Shown: in pieces, positions 18,850 through 29,349 of the stretch
Layout of the letters: every line of letters begins with the position of its first letter
Position numbering within the stretch: the stretch's first letter is position 1
Assembly: GCA_965242495.1 (NCBI GenBank)
Contig: OZ251446.1
Coordinates: forward strand, 2,530,160-2,594,159
Origin: Alphaproteobacteria bacterium
Lineage (GTDB): Bacteria > Pseudomonadota > Alphaproteobacteria > MPNO01
Direction: 5' to 3'
DNA: 64,000 nucleotides
Notes under the pieces: model-generated
Seen by the model: the letters and a program-made list of their open reading frames with translations, nothing else
The model's database searches: none
Told to the model about the DNA's origin: nothing
Program-made: the position numbers and the translations under genes

Positions 18850-19140
18850 GTGTTCTCAATTTGTGCTTGACATTGGGGAGCGTCTGTGCTATGATTCCCC
18901 AAGATCGTAAAGACGCGACCGGCCCGGCCCTCCGGCCGGAAAGCGGGAGGGAAGGAGCCGATCCTGCGCTCGCCCGCCACCGGGAAGCGAATTCGCCCGT
19001 TTCCGGTCGCGTTTTCGTCCTGCTTTTCGCCTGCTTTCGCCCTGCTTTCTGCGCGTTTCCGCCCTGGTTTTTCCCTGGTTTTTCGGAGTAACCCATTGAA
19101 ATACAAAGAAACTGGAAAGTTTTCGCCGGAATCCGCCGAT
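18850..19140 (+). repeat. dispersed repeat family, copy B (promoter + phased T-tract block; lacks the palindromes)
   Basis: TTGACA(18867-72)-N17-TATGAT(18890-95). Spacer ttggggagcgtctgtgc is similar to copies A and C. Tail …ttttcgcctgctttcgccctgctttc…ccctggtttttccctggtttttcggagtaacccattgaaatacaaagaaa. Confidence 0.6.
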
Positions 19141-19244
19141 GGCGGCGCCGCCCTTCCGTCCGTTCGCCCGCCCTTGACCCGCCGCCCGGTCTCGCCGACA
19201 CTGGCCGGCGACCGCAACACCGCCGGGTGAGCCCCGGGCGAGCC

Positions 19245-20423
19245 ATGCCGATCGTCAACCGGATCGCGGAGTTCCACGACGAGATGACCGCGTGGCGGCG
19301 CGCGCTCCACGCCCATCCCGAGACCGCGTTCGAGGAGTTCCGCACCGCCGACTTCGTCGCCGGCAAGCTCGCCGAGTTCGGCATCGAGGTCGATCGCGGG
19401 CTCGGCGGGACCGGGGTGGTCGGGACCCTGCGCGGGGCGCGCGGCGCCGGCCCCGCGATCGGGCTCCGGGCCGACATGGACGCCTTGTTCATCGCCGAGA
19501 AGAACGACTTCGCGCACCGGTCCACTCACGACGGCAAGATGCACGCCTGCGGCCATGACGGCCATACCGCGATGCTCCTGGGCGCGGCGCGCTATCTCGC
19601 CGAGACCCGCAATTTCGCCGGCTCGGTGCGCTTCATCTTCCAGCCGGCGGAGGAAAACGAAGGCGGCGCGCAGGTGATGATCGAGGACGGGCTGTTCGAG
19701 AAACTGCCGATGGAGGCCGTGTTCGGCATGCACAACATGCCGGGCATCGGGGTCGGCGAGATGGCGGTGCGCCCGGGGCCGATCATGGCCGCCTTCGACG
19801 TCTTCGAGGTGACGGTGACCGGACGCGGCAGCCACGCCGCGGCCCCGCATCAGGGCGCGGACGCCATCGTCGCCGCGGCCCAGATCGTCGCCGGCCTCCA
19901 GACCGTCGCCAGCCGCGTCGTGGACCCGCAGGATTCGGTCGTGGTCACCGTGACCCAGATCCACGGCGGCGACACCTGGAACGTCATCCCGGAGGACGTG
20001 ACGCTGCGCGGCACGGTCCGCGCCTTCCGCCCGGAGGTGCAGGACCTGGCGGAAGCGGTGATCGGGCGCATCGCCCGGGGCGTCGCCGACGCCGCCGGGG
20101 TCGCCGCGACCGTCGAATACCGGCGCCGCTACCCGCCGACGATCAACAGCGAGGCCGAAGCCGCGCTGACCGCGCGGGTGATGGGCGAACTCGTCGGCGA
20201 GGACAACGTATTCCTCGACAAGAACCCCAAGATGGCCTCCGAAGACTTCGCCTTCATGCTGAACGAGAAACCGGGCGCCTATGTCTGGATCGGCAACGGC
20301 CCCGCCGACGGGAATCGCCTGCTGCACAACCCGAACTACGACTTCAACGACGACGTCCTGCCGCTGGGGGCGAGCTACTGGGCGCGGCTCGCCGAAACGC
20401 GGCTGGCCCCGGAGACGGCCTGA
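19245..20423 (+). CDS. M20 family amidohydrolase (hippurate hydrolase/aminoacylase-like)
   Basis: …ETAFEEFRTADFVAGKL…ADMDALFI…HACGHDGHTAMLLGAA… M20D signature. Confidence 0.85.
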   Translation: MPIVNRIAEFHDEMTAWRRALHAHPETAFEEFRTADFVAGKLAEFGIEVDRGLGGTGVVGTLRGARGAGPAIGLRADMDALFIAEKNDFAHRSTHDGKMHACGHDGHTAMLLGAARYLAETRNFAGSVRFIFQPAEENEGGAQVMIEDGLFEKLPMEAVFGMHNMPGIGVGEMAVRPGPIMAAFDVFEVTVTGRGSHAAAPHQGADAIVAAAQIVAGLQTVASRVVDPQDSVVVTVTQIHGGDTWNVIPEDVTLRGTVRAFRPEVQDLAEAVIGRIARGVADAAGVAATVEYRRRYPPTINSEAEAALTARVMGELVGEDNVFLDKNPKMASEDFAFMLNEKPGAYVWIGNGPADGNRLLHNPNYDFNDDVLPLGASYWARLAETRLAPETA

Positions 20424-20441
20424 CCGGGCGCGGTCCGAGCG

Positions 20442-22058
20442 ATGCGCAATCGTCTCTACCGCGCCGACTGCAAGGCGGTCATCGACGACTTGGCGTCGGA
20501 AGGCGTCCGCGCGGATCTGGTCTATCTCGATCCGCCCTTCAACTCCAACCGCACCTACTCGATGCTGTTCCGACAAAACGGCGTGACGGCTCGGCAGAAA
20601 GCCTATCACGATATGTGGGACTTCACGGACAGCACGCGCCAACTCGTTCTCGATTTCCGCGCCGAACTGGAGCGGTGGGAGCTCGCCCAAGAGTTCAAGA
20701 GATTCATTCTGCTATGGGTAAACATGTTGGAGCAAAGCTCGTCGGACGAAAAGAAGCTGCTCAATTACCTCATGTACATGACGCAGCGCTTGGTGCTGCT
20801 CAAAAAGATCTTGAAGCCGACGGGTTCCATCTACATGCATTGCGATCCGACGGTAAGCCACTACGTCAAGGTGATTATGGACGGGATATTCGGGTTCGGG
20901 AACTTCCGCAACGAGGTCGTGTGGAAGCGAATGTCGTCCCACAACGACGCCAAGCGGTGGGGCAAGGTGCACGACGTCTTGCTGTTCTACTCGATGTCGG
21001 ATCGCTTTACCTGGACCGGCGAGGCGCGCGTTTCTTACGACGACGCCTATATCGCCAAGAGCTATCGGCACAAGGATGAGCATGGGCGCTATATGACCTC
21101 CCCGCTCCAGGCGCGAAGCTTGTCCGGCGGCGGCTACGAGTACGAATGGCGAGGCCGACCGGACATCTGGAAGTTTCCCAAACATCGACTCGACGAACTG
21201 GATGCGAACGGCGAAATCCATTGGCCTCGAAAGCCCGGCGGCGTCCCCCGTCGAAAAGTCTACCTTGACGAGGCAAGAGGCGCGCCGGTGCAGGACGTTA
21301 TCACCGACATCGTGCGGAAGCGGGAGTCCACGGACTACCCGACGAAGAAGCCGAACGACCTGCTCGGACGGGTCATCCGGTCGTCTACCCGCGAGGGCGA
21401 TATCGTTCTCGATCCGTTTTGCGGTTGCGGCACCGCGATAGAGGCGGCGCGCCGTCTGAAGCGGCGCTGGATCGGAATAGACATAAGCGGTCCCGCCATA
21501 GACGAGATAGAAATCCGCCTCGGCCGGCATGGGCTACATCCGAAGACGCATTACGACCTTCTGGAAGGCAGCCCCGAGACGATGGCCGAGTACGACCGGC
21601 TCTCCGCCTACGAGAAGCAGGACTGGCTGATTCGGCGCATGCATGGCTTGCCGAACCCGAGAAAGTCGGGAGACCGCGGCGTGGATGGCGATATGGATAT
21701 TCACCTTGGCGTCGACGAGAACGGGCGCGACCGGTGGGGGCGCGTCGTCTTCTCGGTGAAAACCGGCAAACAACGCAAGCCCGAGCATGTCCGCGAACTG
21801 ATCGGCGTCATGAAGAGCGAAAAGGCGGATATCGGCGTCCTGATCCTGGACGTCGAACCGACGGAGAAGATGGAAGACGCGGCGCGAGCCGTGAAAACCC
21901 TTCGATACCAGCAGCGGGCCGACCTGCCGCCGAAGGAATACGATCGGGTTCAGATACTCACCGCCTACGAGATCATCGAGGGGGCGAAGATAGATTGTCC
22001 ACCCACGATGCAAATCGTGAAACGGTTCCGGGAAGCGCAGATGGAGATGAAGGTATGA
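20442..22058 (+). CDS. beta-class N6A/N4C DNA methyltransferase fused to a C-terminal Mrr-like PD-(D/E)xK nuclease domain
   Basis: Motif IV DLVYLDPPFNSNRTY (res ~25) precedes motif I VLDPFCGCGTAIEAARRLKRRWIGID (res ~315), the beta-class order. C-terminal ~170 aa contains GDRGVDGDMDIHLG…VVFSVKTGKQ, resembling the Mrr_cat D..GxDG…QxK core. GC clearly lower than flanks. 19 nt after the M20 stop. Confidence 0.75.
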   Translation: MRNRLYRADCKAVIDDLASEGVRADLVYLDPPFNSNRTYSMLFRQNGVTARQKAYHDMWDFTDSTRQLVLDFRAELERWELAQEFKRFILLWVNMLEQSSSDEKKLLNYLMYMTQRLVLLKKILKPTGSIYMHCDPTVSHYVKVIMDGIFGFGNFRNEVVWKRMSSHNDAKRWGKVHDVLLFYSMSDRFTWTGEARVSYDDAYIAKSYRHKDEHGRYMTSPLQARSLSGGGYEYEWRGRPDIWKFPKHRLDELDANGEIHWPRKPGGVPRRKVYLDEARGAPVQDVITDIVRKRESTDYPTKKPNDLLGRVIRSSTREGDIVLDPFCGCGTAIEAARRLKRRWIGIDISGPAIDEIEIRLGRHGLHPKTHYDLLEGSPETMAEYDRLSAYEKQDWLIRRMHGLPNPRKSGDRGVDGDMDIHLGVDENGRDRWGRVVFSVKTGKQRKPEHVRELIGVMKSEKADIGVLILDVEPTEKMEDAARAVKTLRYQQRADLPPKEYDRVQILTAYEIIEGAKIDCPPTMQIVKRFREAQMEMKV

Positions 22059-22157
22059 GCGAAAACGCAAAGCGCCAGGAGATACCCGACGCTCGATCGT
22101 CGGGACCGTGACTCTCCTACGTAATTCCTCTACGTAATCCCCATCGCTTTCACTCCT

Positions 22158-23756
22158 ATGGACCAGGGAAACGGAATGGCCGACAAGGACGGTTTCGCCG
22201 GCGTGACGATTCCGCGCTCGCCGGTCTACGGAACCAGGGGGATGGTGGTTTCGGGGCACTCGCTCGCCTCGATCGCTGGCTACGGCGTGCTCGACCGCGG
22301 CGGCGCGGTGATCGACGCGGCGGTCGCGGCCTCGGCCGTCCTGTCGGTCGTGATCCCGCAGGCGACCTCGCTCGGCGGCGATGCGTTCTTCCTCTATCGC
22401 GACGCCGAAGCGGGGCGGACCGTGGGCCTCAACGCCACCGGACCCGCCCCCGCCGGGGCGACGCCCGAGGTCTTCGCCGACGGCATGAAGCCGCGCGGCC
22501 CGCTGGCGGCGAGCGTTCCGGGCATGGTGCGGGGGCTGGAGCGCATCCATCGGCGTTACGGCCGGCTGCCCTGGGCCGGGCTGTTCGACGCCGCGATCGA
22601 CGCCGCCGAGGCGCACCCCGCCTCGCGCATCCTGGCCAACGCCCTCGGCCTCTATCGCGCCGAGGTCGAAGCCGATCCCGGCCTCCGGGCGACCTACCTG
22701 CCCGACGGCGCGCCGGTCCGCGCCGGCGACGTCCTGCGCCAGCCGGCCCTGGCCCAGTCGCTCCGCGCCATCGCGCAAGACGGCGCCGCCGCCTTCTACG
22801 AGGGCGCGATCGCGCGTTCGTTGGGCGATTACGCGACCGCGCGCGGGGGGCTGTTGAGCGCCGGCGACTTCGACGGCTACGAACCCGAATGGGTCGAGCC
22901 GCTCACCGCCGACTACCGCGGCCGGACCGTCGCCGTCATGCCGCCCAACTCCTACGGCATCCTGATGCTGATGCAGCTCAACGGGCTGGGCGGCGTGGAC
23001 CCGGCCGACCTGGCGGCGGACGATGCGCAGCGCCTGGCCCGCCTCATCCGCGCCATGCAGGCGGCCTTCGCCGAGGGCCAGCGGCACGTCGCCGATCCGC
23101 GGACCTATCGGGCGCCGATCGACGAGCTGCTGGGACCCGCCGTCGCGGCGCGGCTGCGGGCCGCGGTGGCGAACGGCGCGCCGGGGCGCGCCGGCGGCGG
23201 CCGCGGCGGCACCTCCTGCATCGTCGTCGCCGACGCCGCCGGCAACGGGCTGTCGCTGGTGCAGAGCGTATTCCATCAGTTCGGCTGCGCCGTCCTCGAC
23301 CCGGGTTCGGGCATCCTCCTCAACAACCGGATGATGGGCTTCGCCAACGACCCGTCGCTCCCCAACGCGGTCGCGCCGGGCAAACGGCCGTCGCATACCC
23401 TCAACCCGGTGCTGGCGCTCGACGACGACAGGCTGCGCTATCTGCTGGCGACGCCGGGCGGCCCGAGCCAGACCATGACCAACGTCCAGCTGCTGACCAA
23501 TCTGGTGGACCGCGGGATGGAGCTCACCGCGGCGATCGACGCGCCCCGCTGGAGCGTCGATCTCGACGGCGGCCTGCTGCTCGAGGCGGGCTTCGACGCC
23601 GACGTCGGCGCGCGGCTCGCCGCCCTTGGCTTCGACGTCGCCTCCGCCGCCGGAGCGCTGTTCTTCGGCTCGATGAAGGCCATCGAAGTCCTGCCCAACG
23701 GCGTCCTCTGCGGCGCCGCCGACACCCGGCGCGAAGCCTCCGCGGTCGGCGCCTGA
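22158..23756 (+). CDS. ggt: gamma-glutamyltransferase family protein
   Basis: …GGTSCIVVAD… (nucleophile region), …PGKRPSHTLNP… GGT small-subunit motifs. Alternative ATG at 22176. Confidence 0.85.
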   Translation: MDQGNGMADKDGFAGVTIPRSPVYGTRGMVVSGHSLASIAGYGVLDRGGAVIDAAVAASAVLSVVIPQATSLGGDAFFLYRDAEAGRTVGLNATGPAPAGATPEVFADGMKPRGPLAASVPGMVRGLERIHRRYGRLPWAGLFDAAIDAAEAHPASRILANALGLYRAEVEADPGLRATYLPDGAPVRAGDVLRQPALAQSLRAIAQDGAAAFYEGAIARSLGDYATARGGLLSAGDFDGYEPEWVEPLTADYRGRTVAVMPPNSYGILMLMQLNGLGGVDPADLAADDAQRLARLIRAMQAAFAEGQRHVADPRTYRAPIDELLGPAVAARLRAAVANGAPGRAGGGRGGTSCIVVADAAGNGLSLVQSVFHQFGCAVLDPGSGILLNNRMMGFANDPSLPNAVAPGKRPSHTLNPVLALDDDRLRYLLATPGGPSQTMTNVQLLTNLVDRGMELTAAIDAPRWSVDLDGGLLLEAGFDADVGARLAALGFDVASAAGALFFGSMKAIEVLPNGVLCGAADTRREASAVGA

Positions 23757-25438
23757 TGGCCGGAGTCGCCGACCTGATCGTCACCCGCGGCCGCGTCCTC
23801 ACCGTCGATCGTCCCTTCTCGATCGCCGGCGCGGTCGCCGTAAAGGGAAACCGCATCCTCGCCGTCGGCGCGCCCGACGAGATCGCCGCGCTGGCGGACG
23901 AATCGACCCGCATCGTCGACGCCCGCGGGCGGGCGGTGATTCCGGGGCTGATCGACGGTCACGCCCATATGGACCGCGAGGGCCTCAAGTCGGTCCTGCC
24001 CTCGCTCGCCGGATGCCGGTCGATCGACGACGTCCTTCAGCGGATCGAGGCGCTGGCGCGGGACGCCGCGCCGGGCGCATGGATCGTGACGATGCCGATC
24101 GGCGAACCGCCCTATTACTTCGACCCGGCGCGCGGGCTGCGCGAAGGCCGCTACCCGACGCGCTGGGAGCTCGACCGGGCGGCGCCCGACAACCCGGTCT
24201 ACATCCGCCCGATCTGGGGCTACTGGCGGCACGCGCAGCCGCTCGACTCGGTGGTCAACAGCCGGGCGCTCGCCGCCGCGGGGATCGACCGCGACTTCGT
24301 CCCGCCCAGCCCGGAGATCGAGTTCGAACGGGACGCGGAGACGGGCGAGATCAACGGCGTCGTCCATGAATGGACCTACATGCCGATCGTCGAACTCAGC
24401 CTGTTGCGCATGAGTCCGGGGTTCAGCCCCGCGCAGCGCGCGGCGGGGCTGGAGCGGGCGATGGCGATCTACAACCGCACCGGCACGACCAGCGTCTTCG
24501 AGGAGCACGGCGCCGCCCAGGAGCTGATCCGCGCCTATCAGACGGTCCGCGACGCCGGCAAGGCCAGCGTCCGCGCCAACCTGGTCTTCAGCCCCGCCTG
24601 GGACGGCGCCGAAGCCGCTTACGGCCCGATGCTGGCGCGTTGGGCCGGTTGGCTCGGCGGCCGCGGCCTTGGCGACTCGTGGCTGCGGGTCGCCGGCGTC
24701 TACACCGAGTTCGGACCGACGGTCGAGAGCCGGCTGCGCGCGCGGGCGTCGCCCTATACCGGCTGGGCCGGCTTCAATCCCGATCACGGCGTGCCGCGCG
24801 CGCGCATGAAGGAGTTTCTGATCGAGGCGGCGCGCAACGGCATCCGCGTCGCCACGCTGTCGATGGAGTTTCTCGACCTCTACGAAGAGGTCGACCGCGC
24901 GGTCCCGATCGGCGACATGCGCTGGATCGTGGGCCACCTCAACACGGTCACCGAGGACCAAGCGCGGCGGCTGGCCCGCCTCGGAGTGGCGACGACGACC
25001 CACACCAACCGCTACGTCTACAAGCAGGCGCACGCGACGCGGGACGAGATCGGGGCGGATCGGGAGGACGACATCGTCCCCCTCGCGCGCCTGCGCGGGG
25101 CCGGCGTTCATGTCGGCCTCGCCACCGACAACGTGCCCACCTCGCTGTTCTATCCGATCTGGCAGGCGGTGGCGCGCCCCGACCTCCACGGGCGCGGGCC
25201 GGTCGGCGCGGCGCAGCGGCTGTCGCGGCGAGACGCGCTCAGATGCGCCACCGTCGAGGGCGCTTGGCTCACCTTCGAGGAGAACGAGAAGGGGTCGATC
25301 GAAGCCGGCAAGCTGGCCGATCTGGCGGTCCTCTCGGACGATCCGCTCGCCTGCGACGAAGACCGGCTGAAGGACATCGCGGCCGACGTGACGATCGTGG
25401 ACGGCCGCATCGTCCACCTCCGGGAAGGCGCGGCGTGA
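23756..25438 (+). CDS. amidohydrolase family (Amidohydro_3) metal-dependent hydrolase
   Basis: …VIPGLIDGHAHMD… (HxH metal site), 560 aa. Start overlaps the ggt stop by 1 nt. Confidence 0.8.
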   Translation: MAGVADLIVTRGRVLTVDRPFSIAGAVAVKGNRILAVGAPDEIAALADESTRIVDARGRAVIPGLIDGHAHMDREGLKSVLPSLAGCRSIDDVLQRIEALARDAAPGAWIVTMPIGEPPYYFDPARGLREGRYPTRWELDRAAPDNPVYIRPIWGYWRHAQPLDSVVNSRALAAAGIDRDFVPPSPEIEFERDAETGEINGVVHEWTYMPIVELSLLRMSPGFSPAQRAAGLERAMAIYNRTGTTSVFEEHGAAQELIRAYQTVRDAGKASVRANLVFSPAWDGAEAAYGPMLARWAGWLGGRGLGDSWLRVAGVYTEFGPTVESRLRARASPYTGWAGFNPDHGVPRARMKEFLIEAARNGIRVATLSMEFLDLYEEVDRAVPIGDMRWIVGHLNTVTEDQARRLARLGVATTTHTNRYVYKQAHATRDEIGADREDDIVPLARLRGAGVHVGLATDNVPTSLFYPIWQAVARPDLHGRGPVGAAQRLSRRDALRCATVEGAWLTFEENEKGSIEAGKLADLAVLSDDPLACDEDRLKDIAADVTIVDGRIVHLREGAA

Positions 25439-26550
25439 GCGCGGCGTCGGCCGCGGCCATGCCGGTCGCCGAGCTCGACACGCCGGTCCTGCTGGTCGAC
25501 GCCGCCTCCCTCGAACGCAACATCGCCCGCATGAGCGCGCTTGCGTCCGACGCCGGCGTCGCCTGCCGGCCGCACGGCAAGGCGCACAAGTCGCCGGTCA
25601 TCGCCCGGATGCAGATCGACGCCGGCGCCGTCGGGATCTGCTGCGCCAAGCTGGGCGAGGCCGAGGTCATGGCGGCCGCCGGGACGCCCGACATCCTCAT
25701 CACCACCGCAGTGATCGGCCGGTCGAAGATCGCGCGGCTGATGCAGGTGGCCCGGCAGGCGAAGACCGCGGTCGTCGCCGACGACGCCGGCAACGTCGCC
25801 GATCTCGCCGCCGCGGCGCAGACCGCCGGGCTGCGGCTCGACGTCGTGGTCGAGGTCGATGTCGGCCAGGGCCGCTGCGGCGCGCCGCCGGGGGAAGCGG
25901 CGGCCGGAGTCGCGGCCGCGGTCGCCCGGTCGCGCTGGCTGCGTCTGCGCGGGCTCCAGGGCTATCACGGCTCGATCCAGATGACCGGCGGCTTCGCCGA
26001 GCGCGAGGCGGGCGCGCGGCGGGCCCTCGACAGGCTGCTCGACACCGCGCGGCTGATCCGGGCGCAAGGCGACGAGGTCGAACTGCTCACCGGCGGCGGC
26101 ACCGGCACGTCGGCCATCGACGCCGCCCTGGGCGGGCTCACCGAGTTGCAGCCGGGAAGCTACATCTTCATGGACAGCAACTACGACGCGATCGAATGGC
26201 GGGGCGGGGCCGCCCAGCCGTTCGAACGCTCGCTGACCGTGCTCGGCTCGGTCATCAGCCGGCCGGCGGGCGACCGCGCCATCGTCGATGTCGGCATGAA
26301 GGCGGCGAGTTCCGACGGCGGCGCGCTCGCGCCGGTCGATCTGCCCGCGGCGAGGTTCCGCTTCGCGGGCGACGAGCATGGCGAGATCTCCTTCGCCGAC
26401 GGGGCCTGCCCGCTCGCGCTCGGCGACAAGGTCGCCTTCTACCCGAGCCATTGCGACACCACGGTCAACCTGCACGACCGCTTCGTCGTCGTCCGCGAGG
26501 GCGCCGTCGAGGACGTGTGGGAGATCGCGGCGCGCGGGCGGTCGCAATGA
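25435..26550 (+). CDS. alanine-racemase-fold PLP enzyme, D-serine dehydratase-like (DSD1 family)
   Basis: GTGA overlap with upstream gene. …LVDAASLERNIARMSA…CRPHGKAHKSPVIARMQ… (PLP-Lys region) and C-terminal D-Ser-dehydratase-like domain. Confidence 0.7.
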   Translation: MSAASAAAMPVAELDTPVLLVDAASLERNIARMSALASDAGVACRPHGKAHKSPVIARMQIDAGAVGICCAKLGEAEVMAAAGTPDILITTAVIGRSKIARLMQVARQAKTAVVADDAGNVADLAAAAQTAGLRLDVVVEVDVGQGRCGAPPGEAAAGVAAAVARSRWLRLRGLQGYHGSIQMTGGFAEREAGARRALDRLLDTARLIRAQGDEVELLTGGGTGTSAIDAALGGLTELQPGSYIFMDSNYDAIEWRGGAAQPFERSLTVLGSVISRPAGDRAIVDVGMKAASSDGGALAPVDLPAARFRFAGDEHGEISFADGACPLALGDKVAFYPSHCDTTVNLHDRFVVVREGAVEDVWEIAARGRSQ

Positions 26551-27815
26551 CCCGGGGCGGCGGTCTCGCCCGCCTCCCGGCCGCGCTCGCCGCGGCTCTG
26601 CTCGCCGCGACGCCCCTCGTCGGCGGCGGCGCCGCCGCCTCTCCGCCCGCGGGCGGCGGCGGCGAAACCGCCGCGCTCCGGCCGCCGCCCGCGGCCGAGG
26701 CGCGCGTCCTGCGCACGGTGCGCCGGGGCGACACGCTGGGCGCGATCATGAAGCGCCTGGGCATTCCGGGCGGCGAGGCCCATGCGGCCAACGAGGCGTT
26801 GCGCGGCGTCTTCGACGTGCGGCGGCTCCGTCCCGGGCAACGGTTGACGTTCGTCCATCGCCCCGAAGCCGGCGGCGGGGGCGGCGTCCTCCGCAGCGTC
26901 GAGATTGAGGCCAGCGCCGAGCGCAGCGTCGTGGTCGCGCGCCAAGCCGACGGCGAGTTCGCCGCCCGGACGACCGACAACCGCCTGGAGCGGCGGCTCG
27001 CCCGCGCCCGGGCGACGATCCGGTCGAGCCTCTACGAAGCCGGGCTGGCGGCGCGTCTGCCGCCGCGCATCCTGCACCGCCTGATCGGCATCTACAGCTG
27101 GGACGTGGACTTCCAGCGCGAGGTCCAGCCCGGCGATTCCTTCGACGTCGCGTTCGAGCGCCTGCATCGGGAAGACGGCGGCTTCGCCGGCGACGGCGAG
27201 ATCGTCTCCTGCGCGCTCACGCTCGGCGGCCGGGAGCGCCGGCTCTACCGCTACGAGTTCGCCCCCGGGCGCTTCGACTATTTCGACCGGCGGGGCCGCA
27301 GCGCGCGCAAGCCGCTGATGCGGACGCCGATCGACGGCGGGCGGCTGACCTCCGCCTACGGCCGGCGCAGACACCCGGTGCTGGGCTACACGCATATCCA
27401 TCGAGGCGTGGATTTCGGCGCGCCGCCCGGAACGCCCATCTACGCCGCCGGCGACGGGCGCATCGTCCGCATGGGATGGAACGGCGCCTACGGCCGCTAT
27501 CTGCGCATCCGCCACAACCCGCGCTACGACACCGCCTACGGCCATCTGCGCGCCTTCCGCCGCGGGCTGCGGCCGGGCGCGCGCGTCGAGCAGGGCCAGG
27601 TCATCGGCTATGTCGGCTCGACCGGACGGACGACCGGGCCGCATCTGCATTACGAGGTCTTCGTCGGCGGCCGGCGGGTCAACCCGTTGCGGGTCAAGCT
27701 GCCCTCCGGCCACGTCCTTCGCGGCGAAGCGCTGGCCGCGTTCGACGACCGGCGGCGGGAGATCGACCGCCGGGTCGCGGCGGCCCCCGCGACGATCGAG
27801 ATCAGCCGTCGCTGA
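26547..27815 (+). CDS. LysM-domain M23 family metallopeptidase
   Basis: ATGA overlap. LysM TVRRGDTLGAIMKRLGI. M23 HxxxD/HxH: …HRGVDFGAPPGTPIYAAGDG…GHLHYEV…. Confidence 0.8.
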   Translation: MTRGGGLARLPAALAAALLAATPLVGGGAAASPPAGGGGETAALRPPPAAEARVLRTVRRGDTLGAIMKRLGIPGGEAHAANEALRGVFDVRRLRPGQRLTFVHRPEAGGGGGVLRSVEIEASAERSVVVARQADGEFAARTTDNRLERRLARARATIRSSLYEAGLAARLPPRILHRLIGIYSWDVDFQREVQPGDSFDVAFERLHREDGGFAGDGEIVSCALTLGGRERRLYRYEFAPGRFDYFDRRGRSARKPLMRTPIDGGRLTSAYGRRRHPVLGYTHIHRGVDFGAPPGTPIYAAGDGRIVRMGWNGAYGRYLRIRHNPRYDTAYGHLRAFRRGLRPGARVEQGQVIGYVGSTGRTTGPHLHYEVFVGGRRVNPLRVKLPSGHVLRGEALAAFDDRRREIDRRVAAAPATIEISRR

Positions 27816-29289
27816 GTCCCGATCCCGATCCCGGCGCCGGCGGGCCGGCGCGGTCGTAGCCGCGCAGCAGATCGTCCACCAGACCGGCGGCGTCCGCCCA
27901 GTCGAAGGTGCGGTACATATGCCCGCGCGGAATATGGGGCGCCCCGGCGTAGAACATCTCGTACTGGACGTGGCGCGACCCGAACTCGGAGCCGAGCGCG
28001 TCCCAGGCGAGCTTCATCAGCTTCACCCGATCGGCCGGGTCGGCCGCCGACGGCGTCCGGGCGCCGCCGAGCGGCGCGGCCGTCTCCGGGCGGCCGAGGT
28101 CGTCCGCCGACGAGGGCAGCGCGATCAGCCCGCCGCCCGCGAGCTCGCGGATCGCGTTGACGAATCGGGGATACGCCTCCTGGGTGACGACCTGGAGGGA
28201 ATAGAGCATCCGTTCGTCGGGAACGTAATAGCCGTACCAGGCTTTGCCGTTCGCCTCCATGCCGCGCACCATGCCGTCGACCATCGCGGCGAAGGCGGCG
28301 AGCCGGCCCAGCCGGTCGCGCGCCCGCGCATCGCCGATGGCGCCGCGGGCTTCGACGATGCGCCTGGCGAGGCCCAGCAGGAAGCGCAGCTTGACCGCCA
28401 AGCGGATCTGGCATTGGTAGTTCTGATAGACATGGGCGGAGGTGTCCCGGAACTGCCCCGCGCACATATCGACGTCGCGATAGATGAACAGCCGCTCCCA
28501 CGGCACCTCGACCTGATCGAAATGGATCACGGCGTCGTTCTCGTCGAAATGCGACGACAGCGGGTAGTCGAACTCCGAGGTGGCGTTGCGTTCGTAGGAC
28601 GTGCGCGAGAGGATCGAGACGCCCTTGGCGCCCAGCGGCTGGGCGAAGGACAGGGCGAAGCGCTCCTCGCCGGGCTTCAGCGGCTGGATGTTGCTGACCA
28701 GCACGTCGTTGGCGATCGCGCAGCCGGTCCCCAGCATCTTGGCCCCGTGAACGACGATGCCGCGCGGACCTTCGTCGACGACCGCCAAAGCGAGATCGCC
28801 GTCGCGCGGCAGCGCCGCGGTGTCCTTGGACCGGTCGGCCTGGGGGTTCACGAAGGCCGAGGTGAGGTAGAGTTCGTCGTCGCGGGCCGCGGTGAAATAG
28901 GCTTCGAGCGCGCGGGCGCGGGCCTCGCTCGAACGCCGGAAAATCTCCCGGCCCATGACCTGGCCGCACATGCTGTGGGCCATGTAGTCGGGCGACCGCC
29001 CCATGAATCCGCAATGGGTCCGCGCCAGGGCTTCGACCGCCTTGCGCCCGTCGATCAGATCGCTGCGGCTCCGGGGCAGCCGCCAGCACTTGCCGACCCG
29101 CCGGCCGCTGGTCGGCGAGACGAAGGTCGCGAGTTCCGGATTGGCCGCCTGGAAGTCGTACAGGTCGGCGATCGCGCGCGCGGCGTTACGGAATGCCGGG
29201 TGACGGGCCGGATCGGCGATCCGCTGTCCGTCGAGATAGATCGTGCGGCCGTCGTCCAGGCTCTCGAGATAGTCCGCGCCCGTCTTCAT
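27802..29289 (-). CDS. 4-hydroxyphenylacetate 3-monooxygenase oxygenase-component family (HpaB-like)
   Basis: MKTGADYLESLDDGRTIYLDGQRIADPARHPAFRNAARAIADLYD… matches HpaB N-terminal pattern. Start chosen at MKT (29289). Confidence 0.8.
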   Translation of the reverse strand: MKTGADYLESLDDGRTIYLDGQRIADPARHPAFRNAARAIADLYDFQAANPELATFVSPTSGRRVGKCWRLPRSRSDLIDGRKAVEALARTHCGFMGRSPDYMAHSMCGQVMGREIFRRSSEARARALEAYFTAARDDELYLTSAFVNPQADRSKDTAALPRDGDLALAVVDEGPRGIVVHGAKMLGTGCAIANDVLVSNIQPLKPGEERFALSFAQPLGAKGVSILSRTSYERNATSEFDYPLSSHFDENDAVIHFDQVEVPWERLFIYRDVDMCAGQFRDTSAHVYQNYQCQIRLAVKLRFLLGLARRIVEARGAIGDARARDRLGRLAAFAAMVDGMVRGMEANGKAWYGYYVPDERMLYSLQVVTQEAYPRFVNAIRELAGGGLIALPSSADDLGRPETAAPLGGARTPSAADPADRVKLMKLAWDALGSEFGSRHVQYEMFYAGAPHIPRGHMYRTFDWADAAGLVDDLLRGYDRAGPPAPGSGSGLSDG

Positions 29290-29349
29290 GACCCGCACGC
29301 CGCCGCCGCCCGGCGACTGTTCCATGCCCGCGGCGGCCGGTCAACCCGC

